A DNA stretch of 64,000 bases from Octopus sinensis (lineage: Eukaryota), in assembly GCF_006345805.1 (NCBI RefSeq), contig NC_043005.1:45756001-45820000 (forward strand), written 5' to 3'. The notes below the pieces were generated by a model that did no database searches, was not told the DNA's origin, and saw only the letters and a list, made by a program, of their open reading frames with translations. A program made the translations under genes and the position numbers. Every line of letters begins with the position of its first letter. Positions within the stretch are counted from its first letter, which is position 1. This document shows positions 1 to 13,686 of this stretch, piece after piece.

Positions 1-3000
1 GAGAGAGAGAAAGAGATGGTATCACCTTGTCTTGAAATCGCTTGACAGTTGTAAACAAGTGTAACATTCATACAGCAGTGTCCTTCATTTCCAATCTTCC
101 ATGAAAACATGTCTGGTCATGCGGAAATATTACCTTGCTTGGAAACAGGTGAGTGTTGATGAGAGGAAGGGCATCCAACTGCACGAAACCTGCCTCAACA
201 AACTGCATTTGACCCATGCAAGCATAGCAAAGTGGACCTTAGAATAATGATGATGATAAATGAAATCTTAAGTTAATCTCAGTAGGATTTGAATCTCCAA
301 CACAAAAAGCTAGAATATCTGCCACAAAGAATTTCACCTGATGCTTTACTGATTCTACCAATTCACTACTAACTCTCAAGCAGAATAAGACAGTGATGTT
401 CTTTCATATTTTTCTTTTTCTTGCTGACATAGTTAGAAAGGTCACAAAAGGTCCTTTAACTACTTTCTCAACTCTTTTTATCTTCACCTTGTCTAGGATT
501 ACATAACAAAATTCAAATTTTCTGATATCTCACCATAGACATAGACAAAAAAAAAAAAAAAAGGAAGTCTTCTGAGAAAACATGATATATTATTACGTTA
601 GCAGTTGCAGTATGTATCTCTCTTATCATTTTTTTTCTTCTCGATACTCTATTGATGTTAATTAGCAGTTATGTCTCCCTTATCTATAGTGCGTGCATAT
701 CTGTGAGTGTGTGTGTGTAACTTGTTATGGATCTGATAATGTTATTTGTTTATAATTATCTTTTAATGGCTCCAGTTGTTGCTAAATAAATCCAGTTTGC
801 GCTGTTCAATCATCATTTCCATCACTATTGTTGTTGTCATCATCATCATCTTTTTCAAATCTATGTTTTTCAAATCTATGTTTTCACTCCCTCCATCAAA
901 TTGACATTGTCTGTACAGGCGCATGGTGTGCCACACGTCAGATGTTGAAGTGAACACAGAGAAACAAGGAATGAAGTGTTTCGGTCATGAACACAATGCA
1001 CCACTCAGCTCAGGAATTGAAACCAATATCTCTTGATCAGGAGTGCAACATCCTAACCACTAGGCCATTGGTAAAACAATGCATCACTCACGTACTACTA
1101 TTCCTACAATCAACTGATCACCTTCAACCAAAATTCAGTTCTTGTGCCTACACAAAACCCTTCAGTGAGACAAAAACAGCTATTAAATACCTCTGAGTGA
1201 CCGACATGTCTAACAATATCATATGTTCATTATTCTCATACCTCTTTTTATTAGAAACTTTTATCATAAGAGATTATGTCAAGTAGTATACTGTTACCCA
1301 TCAACATTATCATCATTTAATGTCCATTTTCCATGCTGGCATTGGTTGGACAGTTGTCAGGAGCTAGCAAACCAGAGGGCTGCACCAGCCTCTAATTGTT
1401 TGTTTTGACATAGTTTCGACAGCTGGATGCCCTTCCTAATTCCAACTACTTCACAGAGTGTACTGGGTGTTTTTTTATGTGGCACGAACATGAATGCTTT
1501 TTGTGTGGCACCAGCACAGGTACTTTTTATGTGGAACCAGCAAAGAGAAAAAAAGTAAAAATGGAAATCACTTAATTTAAGAAAATTTAAACATAAATTT
1601 TAATTCACAACAATATGAATAAATAAGCATTACTTTTCACAAAGTAATCTGAATACTAAAAGAGTTAAAAATGGAAGATTTGGCTACTTCCATGACAAAT
1701 CAAGTCAATTTTGTTAACTTATATGTTCTTGAGACAAGCTAGTAACCTGTTGTTAAAACAATGATGATGGCGGAGATAATTTCTGAAATATCTGTTTCTC
1801 TATTTCACTTAAATTAACTGTAAACTTTGTATTATTCTTTTACTTGTTTCAGTCATTTAACTATGGCCATGCTGGAGCACTGTCTTAAAGGGTTTTAGTC
1901 GAAGAAATCGACCCCAGGACTTATTCTTTATAAGCCTTGCACTTATTCTATCAGTCTCTTTTGCTGGACTGCTAAGTTATGGGTATGTAAACACACCAAC
2001 ATCAGTTGTCAAACGATGGTAGGGTGACAAACACAGGCACAAAGACACACACACACACACACACACACCTTGATAGGTTTTGACCAGTATTGGCTATGTC
2101 TGACTTAATAGCACCATCTGGCAAAGTCATTCAAATCAGGAATTGGACATGGCCCACTCGAGGATAAAGTTATTGTTTATGGAGACATATCTGGGTGTAG
2201 GAGGTTTATCCAAAGGCTTTTTGAACTTTATGGGGTCTGTTTCTGCTTTAATGTATTTTGGTGCAATATATATGTATATATGATGGGCTTCTTTCAGTTT
2301 CTGTCTACCAGATCCATTCACAAGGCTTAGGTCAGCCCAAGGCTATAGTAGAAGAGACTTGCCCAAGGCGTCACACAGTGGGTTTGCACCCAGAACCATG
2401 TGGTTGGGAAGCGGGCGCCTTACCACACAGCCATGCCTGTGCCTATGTGTATATAATCTTTAAATATTGGTTTCAAATTTTGTCACAAGGCCAGCAATTT
2501 CAGAGGAGGGGGTTCTAGTTGATTGCATCAACCCCAGTTCTCAGCTGGTGCTTATTCTATCAACCCTGAAAGGATGACAGGCAAAGTCAGCCTTGACAGA
2601 ATTTGAACTCAGAGCATAAACGCAGACAAAATGCCACTAAGCATTTCCCCTGGTGTACTAACATTTCTGCCAGCCTGCTACCTTATAGTCTTCAAATATT
2701 ATCAGTCTATCATTGTAACGTTTGCTCGTTGAGTCCTCATGGACCGATTCCAATTGTAAATTTGATCTGAGTTTTTTTTAACATTAGACAGTATTCCCAG
2801 GAAGCTTAATGTAATGATTTCTTGTGTTCTTAGGTTAACTTGTCTTATCAGTGAATGTATTCCAGAATGAACTTTTAGTTTTTCTATTCTAGAATAATCA
2901 GTCATGTGTTGATTATTCTCATACCTCTTGTTATTATTAAAGATTATGTCAAAACGTACACTCTCACCCATAGCAATAATTTTATATGTAATTAGTCTTC

Positions 3001-4355
3001 ATCAGTGTATTTGTTTTGTGTATTTTTTGAATTTTCTCCTTGACATGTTGGCGATGACCTTCTGTATATCTGTTTCCTATCCTTCTTCATAATGACCTCA
3101 AGGTTCTGAAATATCAGCTCTGATGAAGATTCTGTTTTAAGCAATTATTTATGGAAGCCTGGCTTTGTACTTAAGAAGCTTGCTTCACAACTATATGGTC
3201 TTAGGTTCAGTCCTGTTGCATTGCACCTTGGGCAAGTATCTTCTGTCACCCCAGGCCAACTAGATGGAAACTGAAAGAAGCCTGTTGTTTATATGTAAAT
3301 GTATATGTGAGTGTACCTTTGTCTTGACATCACATGATAATTGTGAGTGAGTATCAATGTCGTACAAGAATGTTATTCATTTCCAGTTTTTTGTAGAAAA
3401 CATGTCTAGAAATAGGGAAATATTAACTTGCTTGGAAACAGGTAGAGGGTTGGCAACGAAAAGAACATCCAGTCACAGAAAATCTACCTCAACTAATTCT
3501 GTCAGGCTGAAAAAAAAATATGTTAAATGAATGATACAGTTTTCAATTGCAAAGCCTTTTGGAATTTTCTTGAAATATATCACAGACTCACATTCCATAA
3601 ACACCAATGTAGAATAGCCCAAGCCAAATAAAAACCATGAAAGATTATGAGTTTTATTTTTTATCCTATTGTCTAAATAATTTTTTTCTAGGTTACAGCA
3701 AACAAATCATTAAGTTCGGTGGATTGATTGATTAGTTAATAAGTGAAAGTAATCAACCAAAATGTATAACTTCTTTGTTGCTGGCAAATTCTTTAAAGAA
3801 AGTATTTGTCTGTGTTTAGAGACCATCATCACATTACTTTTGAGTGAGTGCATAGCATGAATGAGATTATCCAGCTGTTAAAATTTATTCAAGGAAATCC
3901 ATGCTAGTGTGATGGAGTAAACATTTAAAAACATATTCATAAATAACTATCAAATCAATAAAGCTTTATCAATAAATTGGATTCACCTGTAATTGTGAAT
4001 TCATTAGCGATAACTTTTAGGAAGACATTTTGTGCATGCAAAACAAAAATGTGTTTCTTTGTCATTTGCATTATTGTTTTAATAAATCTATAGAAAACAC
4101 TCCTGCTATTCATTTGGACAATATTCTATATTCTTTTCTTTTGGTATTAGTTTTCAAGCTTACAATTTACCATTCTTTGGAAGATTGAATGTCTTCAGTT
4201 TTACTCCAAGAGTTGATGTGAGAACTTTACCATTAACATCCGCTATATTTTCCTGAATTGGTTGTTTTGAAAGGTTTCATAAGGGCATTTTAGTAATCAG
4301 TACATATTCTACTTCCAAAATTATCCTTTACTTGACTAAATGGTATTCTCTAAGC

Positions 4356-4574
4356 CAGTGCTTTTCAAACTTTTTGCTGGAGCGGAACCCCAAGGAAACA
4401 TTCCACTGGCTCGAGGAACCCCTGTGCAATAATTTAATAGTCTTATGCACACATATCTGCTCAGGAGAATTAAAAATTACTGCCGATTTTAGCAGTTTTG
4501 TAACTTCTTGCGGAACCCCTGGACTGTACTGGCAGAACCCCAAGGTTCCGCGGAACCCTACTTGAAAACCACTG
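4356..4574. mobile_element. hAT-type MITE
   Basis: TIRs cagtgcttttcaa / ttgaaaaccactg; 8-bp TSD ctctaagc / ctctaaac; internal ggaacccc repeats. Confidence 0.85.
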
Positions 4575-4753
4575 CTCTAAACTTTCGTTGTACTCCATCT
4601 TCAATAAGAACTCTTTACTGCAGTGATATCTCAATTCCAGAATTGTTTAATTTTTACTCCGATTACTTCCTGCCTTAACTGATTTCATAAAAAAAAAATC
4701 ATTTTAAGAATGTTGGAACTAATAACATTTATTTTTTGCATTTTTATCGTTTA

Positions 4754-4819
<66 letters not shown>

Positions 4820-6792
4820 CGTTTTACTTGTTTCCATCAGTGAACTGCTGTTTTGAAAGGTTTAGTTGAACAAATTGACCCCAGTGTTTATTATTTAAGC
4901 TTGGTAATTTATCTGGGTTTTTTTTGCTGAACCACTAAATTATGGAGATGTAAACAAACCAACACTTGTTGTCAAGCGACAGTGACACACACTCACTCAC
5001 ACACACACACACACACACACAATAGACTTTCTTCAGTTTCTGTCTACTAAAGCTGCTCACAAGGCTTTTTTTTTTTTAAATGGTAGAATAATTACTTTTA
5101 TACTGTACAGGATTGGTATTTTTGATTTCTGTTGTTAAGTGAAGGATACACAAGTCTTTCCTTGGAAAGATGTGTAAGTAACTTATCCGGGAGTTAACTT
5201 AGATAATTTATTCCTGCCAAATAACCTGAAGTGTTTAGAATAAAGTGTTTTGCATAGAAACTTGTTAAATGTATTCCGTTTAATTTGAACTCACAACACG
5301 TGAGTTGGTATTTCAATACCTTATCCATTCATCCACTTTGGTGATATCCATCTTCACTTGTCTATAATGTAATTCGTGAAGTGGATAGATGTTTGAAAGG
5401 AAATCATTACATGAAGGACTAGCCAATTTAGTTTTCATGATGATACATAATAGCTACTGCATTTTAACTATTAGTCTAAGTCACCACTCAATTTACAGCA
5501 ATTCAGCTCTAATTTTCTGAATCCTAAATCAGTTAAGTATTGGCTGCAGATATACCATTGCGTATTGATTTGTTGTGTAGAAATAATACGGCTGGTGGAA
5601 CATATAAATGTTCTAAAAGATGTGTTTCAGAAAACCAGATGCGGCGGTGTGGGGGGAAGGAATGGTTGTCACAGTCGTATCAGATTAAGGATAAAGAGTA
5701 TGGCAATGGTATAGAAATACCCTTCTTTCCATTTAAAATTTTAAAAAAAAAATGTGTTTCCTTGTATACGTTACAATTATTTATTTGTGCATTTGAGTTC
5801 ATAGATAATATTCAAGTTGTGGTAACATAATACAATTTTAATGCAATTTATATTGCGCTCAAATGCTACAGCTGAAATGGTTTTCCATTGCCTTATTTAT
5901 ACATATATGTATTGATATCAGAGATAAGTTGTAAGCTATCTTTCGAATTGCTTTCTTCCTTTCTCTCCCTTTTATAGTTTTTCGATAATCTCAATGTTTT
6001 AAGGGGAATAGAAATATCTAATAATATCATAGAGAAAAGCTATTTATTTCAATTGAGCTCCCCAAATAAAGTGGTCTATGTGGTTGGGTAGTTTGCTTCC
6101 AAACCATATGGTTTTGGGTTCAGTCCCACTGCGTGGCACCTTGAGTAAGTGTTTTCTATTATAGCCCTGGACCAACCAAAGCCTTGTGAGTGTGGATTTG
6201 GTAGATGGAAACTGAAAGAAACCTGTGTGTGTGTTTGTGTGTCCTTGTTTCGATATTGCTTGATAGTTGTAAATGAGTGTCAGTATAATATAGGAAGTGT
6301 CATTAATTTCAATATCTTTTGTAAATATGTAAGGTGGTGAGCTGGCAGAATTGTTAGCATGTCAGGCAAAATGCTTAGCAGCATTTCATCCTTCATGTTC
6401 TGAGTTCAAATTCCACTGAGGTTGACATTGTCTTTCATCCTTTCGCAGTCAATTAAATAAGTACCAGTTGAAGACTGGAGTTGATATAGATTGGCTTACA
6501 CCCCTCCCCCAAATTTGCTGACTTTGTGCTAAAATTTGAAACCAACCTTCTTTGTAAACATGTCTGGCTAAGGAGAAATATTACCTTGCTTAGAAACAGG
6601 TATGGGTTGGTGACAGGAAGGGCATCCAGTTGTTGAAAATCTGCTTCAGTAAATTCCATCTGACCTGTGTGCAAACACAGAAAAGTGGATATTAAATGAC
6701 GATCTATCAACAAAAGGAAGTGTTTGTAAAAAGCCTATTTATTGCTTTCTCTTTGATTTTTATTCACTTCTGACTCTTTATTTCCGTTCTAG

Positions 6793-6939
6793 GTTTCTTT
6801 TGTAATCCGAGATGAAGTAGAGCGTTATCACCGTTCTGGTGTTAATGCCTTGCAGTATGATCCCGTCCTTAACCGACTGTACTCAGCTGGGCGTGATTCC
6901 ATCATCCGAATATGGAATACAAGAGCAAATTCAAACAAG
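6793..6939 (+). CDS. WDR48: WDR48 exon A (147 nt, phase 0/0): [49 protein letters not shown]
   Basis: ttctag|GTT...AAG|gtgaga; matches recalled human [41 protein letters not shown]. Confidence 0.96.
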
Positions 6940-7604
6940 GTGAGATAAATGTTATCATATTTCATATAACTGTATTTTTTATTTTGCTTCCATCCATGGT
7001 CCCAGGAGCTGTTCCATTCTAAGTATCTCAGAGCTATGAAAAAGTAAAATCTGAACAGTTGATGGAGTAACTTCTTAAGCACTTGACTGTCCATTGTCAC
7101 ATATTTTTCCCCTTTGTAGAATTTGCAAGTAGATTTAATGTTTTGGCAATGTGGTTGATGGTAAAACAAGATTGGTATGGGGAATGAGAAAGTAGAGGTG
7201 ATTGCAATATAGACTTAATTGGTAACTGTCATGGATAAAATGTTATGTGTCACAAAACAGATCTGTTCAACCCACCTGCTATTGTCTCCAGTTCTACAAT
7301 ACAAGCTTCCTGTTTTAAAGTGATAAAGTGATCTAATTAAAACCTTCCTTCAAAATTTCATGTTAATTTATGTTCTAAACACCAGCTCAATAACAACAAA
7401 AATTTTACTGAATTTTCCAATATTCTCAAAATTAATTGAAATAAAGACAATTTATTTCAGCAGAAATACGGTAATAAAGGTGTTGAACTGTTGTAGGCTA
7501 GAAAAACAGTTAAAATAGCATGAAATGTTTTTTTTTTATGTGTGTGTATATATAAATAATAATAATAATGAAATTATTGTATACAATGGTCAGGTGCACC
7601 ACAA

Positions 7605-7641
<37 letters not shown>

Positions 7642-10600
7642 TAACTAAGAATAAGTCAGTAAGAGAAGCTTCTATGTGGTTGCTCCAACTACTGGAAATA
7701 ATAACCAAATCCTCCTCAAATAATTGCATCATGCTTTCTTAAAAAGAAAGAATTCATTCAATAATATAGTTATAGATATACTATTTGTGGGAAAGAAAAA
7801 TGAATAAAATAAATTTAAAAGATAGGATGGTCAGGAGTGAAACACTTTTGATCAATTGTAGGCTTTTTTTTTAGTCAGAGTTGGCATTAAACAACGAAAA
7901 AAACCTAGAAACTTTAGCAAAGTTGGTCTTTTCTAAGTGTTTAGGTTATTTTTAGTAATGCAGCTGTAAAAACACATTGTGGTGTATGACTTCAATGAAA
8001 TGTTCTAAATTTGTGTCAGGAAAAGTACAACCGAAATACCAATTGCTAGAGTAGCTCTTTTAGTAGACGATACAGTGTAGACTGTGAACAAGCTAGTTCA
8101 CTGAGTTTGGTTGGTGTACATGCTACATTTATTTGATTAAAATCTTGACCTTTAGCTGTAACATTACGCATAAAGAACGCATGCCACAAGAGACATTGAC
8201 TATCATGAATTGTGGAGAATAGTTCAGTAGAGTGTTAGGATGTAAACACAGTTTATCGTAATTTTTTTTAGGGGTAGGGTGGGGACAGGAGTGCCTCCAC
8301 TAGTAGACTTTTTAGCTGTTATTTGAGATTGGCGAATAAAATGTAAGTGCCAAGTTCATGTTTGTTGTATTAAGCACTTGTTCTCATGTCACACAGTCAA
8401 CTGATTTTGGGTGAAGAGAAGTGTTGGAATGGAAGATATTTGCTTTAGCCATACAATTTAGGAGACTGCATTTAGAAGAATGTCTCAGAGATAACTTGTT
8501 TAAATAGATAATTTGGTTAGCAGTGCTGGAATCAATTGAAAGAACTCTTAGGACCGGAAAAGTGAGCTGAAAGCCATACGGATGACATTTTCATTTTTGT
8601 GTGTGTGTGTTTTTGTTAAGTGAAAAGAGAACAAATTTTCTGCTATGTTGACTATAATAGTTAGAGAAGTGTAGTGACATTTCTGGTAACCTAGCAATGC
8701 ACTCTTATTTGTTGTTTTCTAATTCCATGAATGACATCTAGCAAATATATTCCATTCATATTCAGTAATGAATTAACAGATGTATCCAAAAAGTTTCTTT
8801 ACTTTGTCATTATTGGTGTCATTGTCATCATCATCATCATTTTTTAAAGTCTACTTTTATCATGTTGGTATTGATTGGACAATATTTTTTGAGGCAGTAT
8901 TCTGTAGCTAGATGCCCTTCTTGAAGCCAATGTTTACTTATTTTCAAGTGAAATACTTCAACCTGTTAGCATTTAAACTAGCCCAAATATTCTATTTGTT
9001 TTATGTTCAAACTCATCTTTTGGCCTCTTACATCTACCTTACAATGTCAGTCTAAAAATATGCAATCGCATCATTGAAATTTTGAAGCTACAAGATAGTA
9101 CAAGATTAATTCAAAACAACATGAATAACTATTACTCTGTAAAGTGGTTGGTGTTAGGAAGAGCATCCAGCTGTAGAAACCATGCCAAAACAGACACAGA
9201 TCCTGAACAGCCCTTCGGCTGGTCAGCTCCTGTTAAACTGTCTCACCCATGCCAGCGGTGAAAATGAGCGTTAAATGCTGATGCGGATGATGACACATTT
9301 GACTGTAATCTGAATGCTAAGGGATTAATCCACTAGTCTTTGTACATCAACTGCAGAGCTGTGGGCCAAATTGCTTGTGCAGGACATAAACAAACATCGC
9401 CATCGCCCAAGTATTTTAATGTGAAAATGTGAGATAAATGCACACACACTCATATACACATGCACAATGGGTATCTGTACAGTTTCCACCAACAGGTTTC
9501 TGTACAGTTTCACAAGTCATTGGTCAGCCAGAGCCCCGTGGTTGCAGAGTGAGATTCTTACCCACACAGCCATCACTGAGTCCCAGTAAGTGTAATTAAT
9601 CAGTGTTGATTTGAAGACAGGAGATTGCTGGACTTCAAAGGAGTTTAGATAAATTTATTTAATCTGACCGACCTAGGCACAGGTGTGTCTGTGTGGTAAG
9701 AAGTTTTCTTCCCAACCACATGGTTCCAGGTTCAGTCCCACTAAATGGCACCTTAGGCAGGTGTCTTCTGCTATAGCCTCAGGCCAACCAAAGCTTTGTG
9801 AGTGGATTTGGTAGACAGAAACTGAAAAGAAGCCCATTGTATATATCTATGTGCATATGTCTTTGTGTCTGTGTTTGTCCCATACCACTGCTTGACAACT
9901 AGTGTTGCTGTATTTACATCCTCCACAACTTAGCAGTTCAGTAAAAGACACTGATAGAATAAGTAAATTATCTTAAAGTTGAAAAATATTCATTAACTTT
10001 ACTGAATTCTTTCATCACTTTACCTGATAATGACATACAGCTGAAAGTTCTTGAGAGCCAACAGACTGAAAGGATAGAGGTTCCTTAGTGGATTGTGTAG
10101 GTTTGTAGGGCATTTTGAATGTAGGTTGCATTCAGTGAGCAAATGATATTAAATGTATAAATTTATTAATATTAAAATTTCTTTAGTTTATTGTGGCAAT
10201 ATACCTAAAAATAACTACTCAGAACAAGTTAAACAAATCAGATACAGTCATTGATTATGTCACAATTATCAATGACTGTAACCACACAGCATCATTGCTG
10301 TGGGAACATTTAACATCTTCCAACTTAATTACTTACATTGATAGGATTAATGATTTCAGTCAGGATATTCTGAGGTTCCCTTGGCTGGTTGTGTGTCGTT
10401 ATGGTGGTGGTGGTGGTGGTCATTGTCATTATGACAGTGGTGGTGGTCATTGTGGTTATTGTCGTCATGACAGTAGCCCTGTATTACTTATGGTTGAGCA
10501 GGCCTATAATCAATGATGTTCCAGCTATGACCACCCCATGTTATTTTCAAGCATTGTATCCAGGACTGTGCTATCTGATGTTTCTTTCCCATTTTTTATG

Positions 10601-13600
10601 ATAATAGGTGTGATTTGAGGTAAATTTAGCTAGCTACTATTTCTAACAAGTCAGCTGCCTTCATAGAGGATCCTTTGTCATTTTTATATATTTCTTTATT
10701 GCCCCAGGGGGCTAAACATGGGTGGGGACAAACAAAGAGAGTCAAAGGGATTAAGTCAATTACATCGACCCCAGTGCATAACAGGTACTTATTTAATTGA
10801 CCCCGAAAGGATGAAAGGCAAAGTTGACCTCAGCGGAATTTGAACTCAGAACGTAACGGCAGATGAAATACTGCTAAGCATTTCGTTCGGCATGCTAACA
10901 ATTCTGCCAGCTCACCACCTTTGTCATTTTTATATCCATTGTCACTGTCTTTGCATGGTTATACAAGAAACAACAAATAGAAACATCTCTTTACAAAATG
11001 ATGATTCCTTTAATGTAGTGTTTGTGCTCTAGTAGTTTATTTTGTTTTATTGTGTTCAAATGTTATATCACTGATTTATTCACATTGAGATTAATTATTA
11101 CTTTTGTTCTTTCTGTTTGCTCTTTGTTGGCAGCGTATTGTTGCAGAGAAGAAGTAAGACAGTGCTAACTGTGTTTGATACTATTGATAATCTAGCCTTG
11201 TAAATAAATACAAGATTCTAAACTGTATATGTATGGTTATACGGCTAAAGCTAGGTTTGTTATGGAGATAACTGTAGAAACATGGGGTTGTTATGTCACC
11301 AGTTAAAAATCTTTTGGGAACATTGTCATCATCATCATCATTTAATGTCTATTTTCCATGCTAGCATGGGTTGGACAGCTTGACAGGAACCTGTAAGGGC
11401 AGGGACTGCAACAGGTTCCATAGTCTGTTTCAGCTTAGTTTCTATGGCTGGATGCCCTTCCTAACACCAACCATGCCACTGAGTGCACTGGGTGCATTTC
11501 ATGTGGTATCATCGCAGATGCTTTTAAGTGGCATCAGCACCAGTCTTTTTACATGTTATAAATGTGTGCTCATAGGTTTTTGTATGAGACAGAACTTAAT
11601 ATAACATTGTTTACATAACCATTCCGAATCAGTGGTGGTCACATTCTAAATTGAGCAAATATTAAATTTACTATAAATTATATTGTTATATAGGTACCTG
11701 TGTATTAGTATAAACAATACTAGTTTATTAAGGCAGTACTATGTAAGATACTTGTTTGAGCACAGTGCCAGTTAATTAGTCTAGTCACTGCAGGAATTTG
11801 AAGTTTCTGCTCTTGTATTAGTGTTCATTATAAGAGGTTTCAGAACATCTATATTGTCCAGAAAGTTGGTGTTGTAGCTGTGAAGACATGTGGCTAAATA
11901 GTTGGGGTATTTGCCTCATGATTGTAAGGTGGTGAGAGATCAATTCCTGGCAGTGTGTTTTGTCCTTAGCATGACACTTTATTTCACATTGCTCTAGTTC
12001 ACTCATTAGGCACAAATGAGTAGTACCTGTATTTCAAAGGGCCCGCTCTGTTGTATTTTGTGTCACACTGAATCTCCCTGACAACTGTGTTAAGAGTACA
12101 CATGACTGCGGAGTGTTCAATTTCACAAACAGGATGTCCTACATTGATCAGGTCAGCTGGAACACTCATCATCGTAACTGACTGAGTGCCAGTTTTACCT
12201 GTTCATACATGCAATGTTCTTGGTGTATGTATGTGTGTATGCTGTAAGACTTACTTCATCACCCATCATACAGTACGCCATATCCAGCAAAGGCTTTTGA
12301 CATTTTGCATTCGCAAGCTTTTGAGCTTGTAGTCCACAAGGCACCACTCTGCATCTAATGCAACTCATTTCCATCTGAGTGAACAGGAGTAATGTACTTT
12401 GACCAAACACACTATGTTGTCTGGTTTAGGAATTGAATCCCCCACCACATGGTAGTGAGTCTAACACCCTAACCACCAGACTATGCATCTGTACAAGTTA
12501 GTTTCCTAATTATAATTTCTTGTAATTTTATATGATGTTGTGGAGCATTTATTTATTTTTGTAGATAACAGGGGAATGAATTGAAAAGAATAGCAATTAT
12601 TATAATTAGAATGGTATGTGGTAGAGATTTGTAAATAAAAACTGTCTAAATTTGTCTTAAAGGTTAATGAGTAATGTGGTTGTTGGCTATAAAGGTCAGA
12701 TGCTTTGTTGACTGTTGGAAAGGAGGGATGAATGGATTGATAGATCGGTGAAGTAAAGACGATAGCTACCAGAATGCTTTTGAATGAAAGTAACCGGCAC
12801 CAGAAACTGATTTGAGAGGTTTGACTATTTTCACCAAGTTTTTGTTAGTTTCTTTACGAGTCAAGTTGTATAATAGTATTAGTTGGTTGCTTATTGTTTA
12901 GCCATATTTAAAAATAAATCTTTTCTCCTCATCATCTATCTACTTTCTGTGCTGTTATGAGATGGATTGGTTGTCATAGTTTTGAGTTGCCTCTGACTGA
13001 GAGCTATAGCTCCCAAAGACTAGGGGCTTCTACATATCTATGGTTTGGTTTCTATGGCTGGATGCTCTTCCTAATGCCAACTGCTTTACATAGTACTGGT
13101 GCATTTTCTTGTCCTTGGTCAGAGGGGAATAGAAAGACTGTTCTATATATATATATATGAAAATTAAAATAGAGATATTCTATTGACAATCCAATAATTT
13201 ATTTATATTACAATATTACATTAAATACTATGGATATAATATATAACATAACATAATATTATATAAATAGTCATAAAAATCGTAAAAGGCCAACAAATTG
13301 TTTCGACTTATATTTTTTCTGATATATATAATCATAGTTCCATTATAGATGGAACTGTGATTATGTATATCAGAAAAAAATATATATAATTTGAAACAAT
13401 TTGTTGGCCTTTTACGGTTTTTATAATTATTTATATAATATTATGTTATTTTATATATTATATCCATAGTATTTAATGCCATATTGTAATATAAATATAT
13501 TATTGCATTGTCAATAGAATATCTCTATTTTAATTTATCTTTATAATTGAATTATACTAATATTTATATGGTATCCAACTGACGTATCAGTGAATTGGAT

Positions 13601-13648
13601 GTTTAACACACCCCGTTGAAGGATTTCTTTTCCTCAGTTTGTTACTTT

Positions 13649-13686
<38 letters not shown>

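Noticed and set aside
1-6792. WDR48 first coding exon or promoter, including a possible exon at 5111-5173
   Set aside because: No peptide resembling the N-terminal ..RRKVQ and no promoter-like island. 5111-5173 has a phase-0 stop and no support as a UTR exon.
10193-10601. 107-aa Gly-rich and 70-aa Val-rich ORFs
   Set aside because: They derive from a degenerate (GGT)n/(CAT)n simple repeat and have no splice or homology support.
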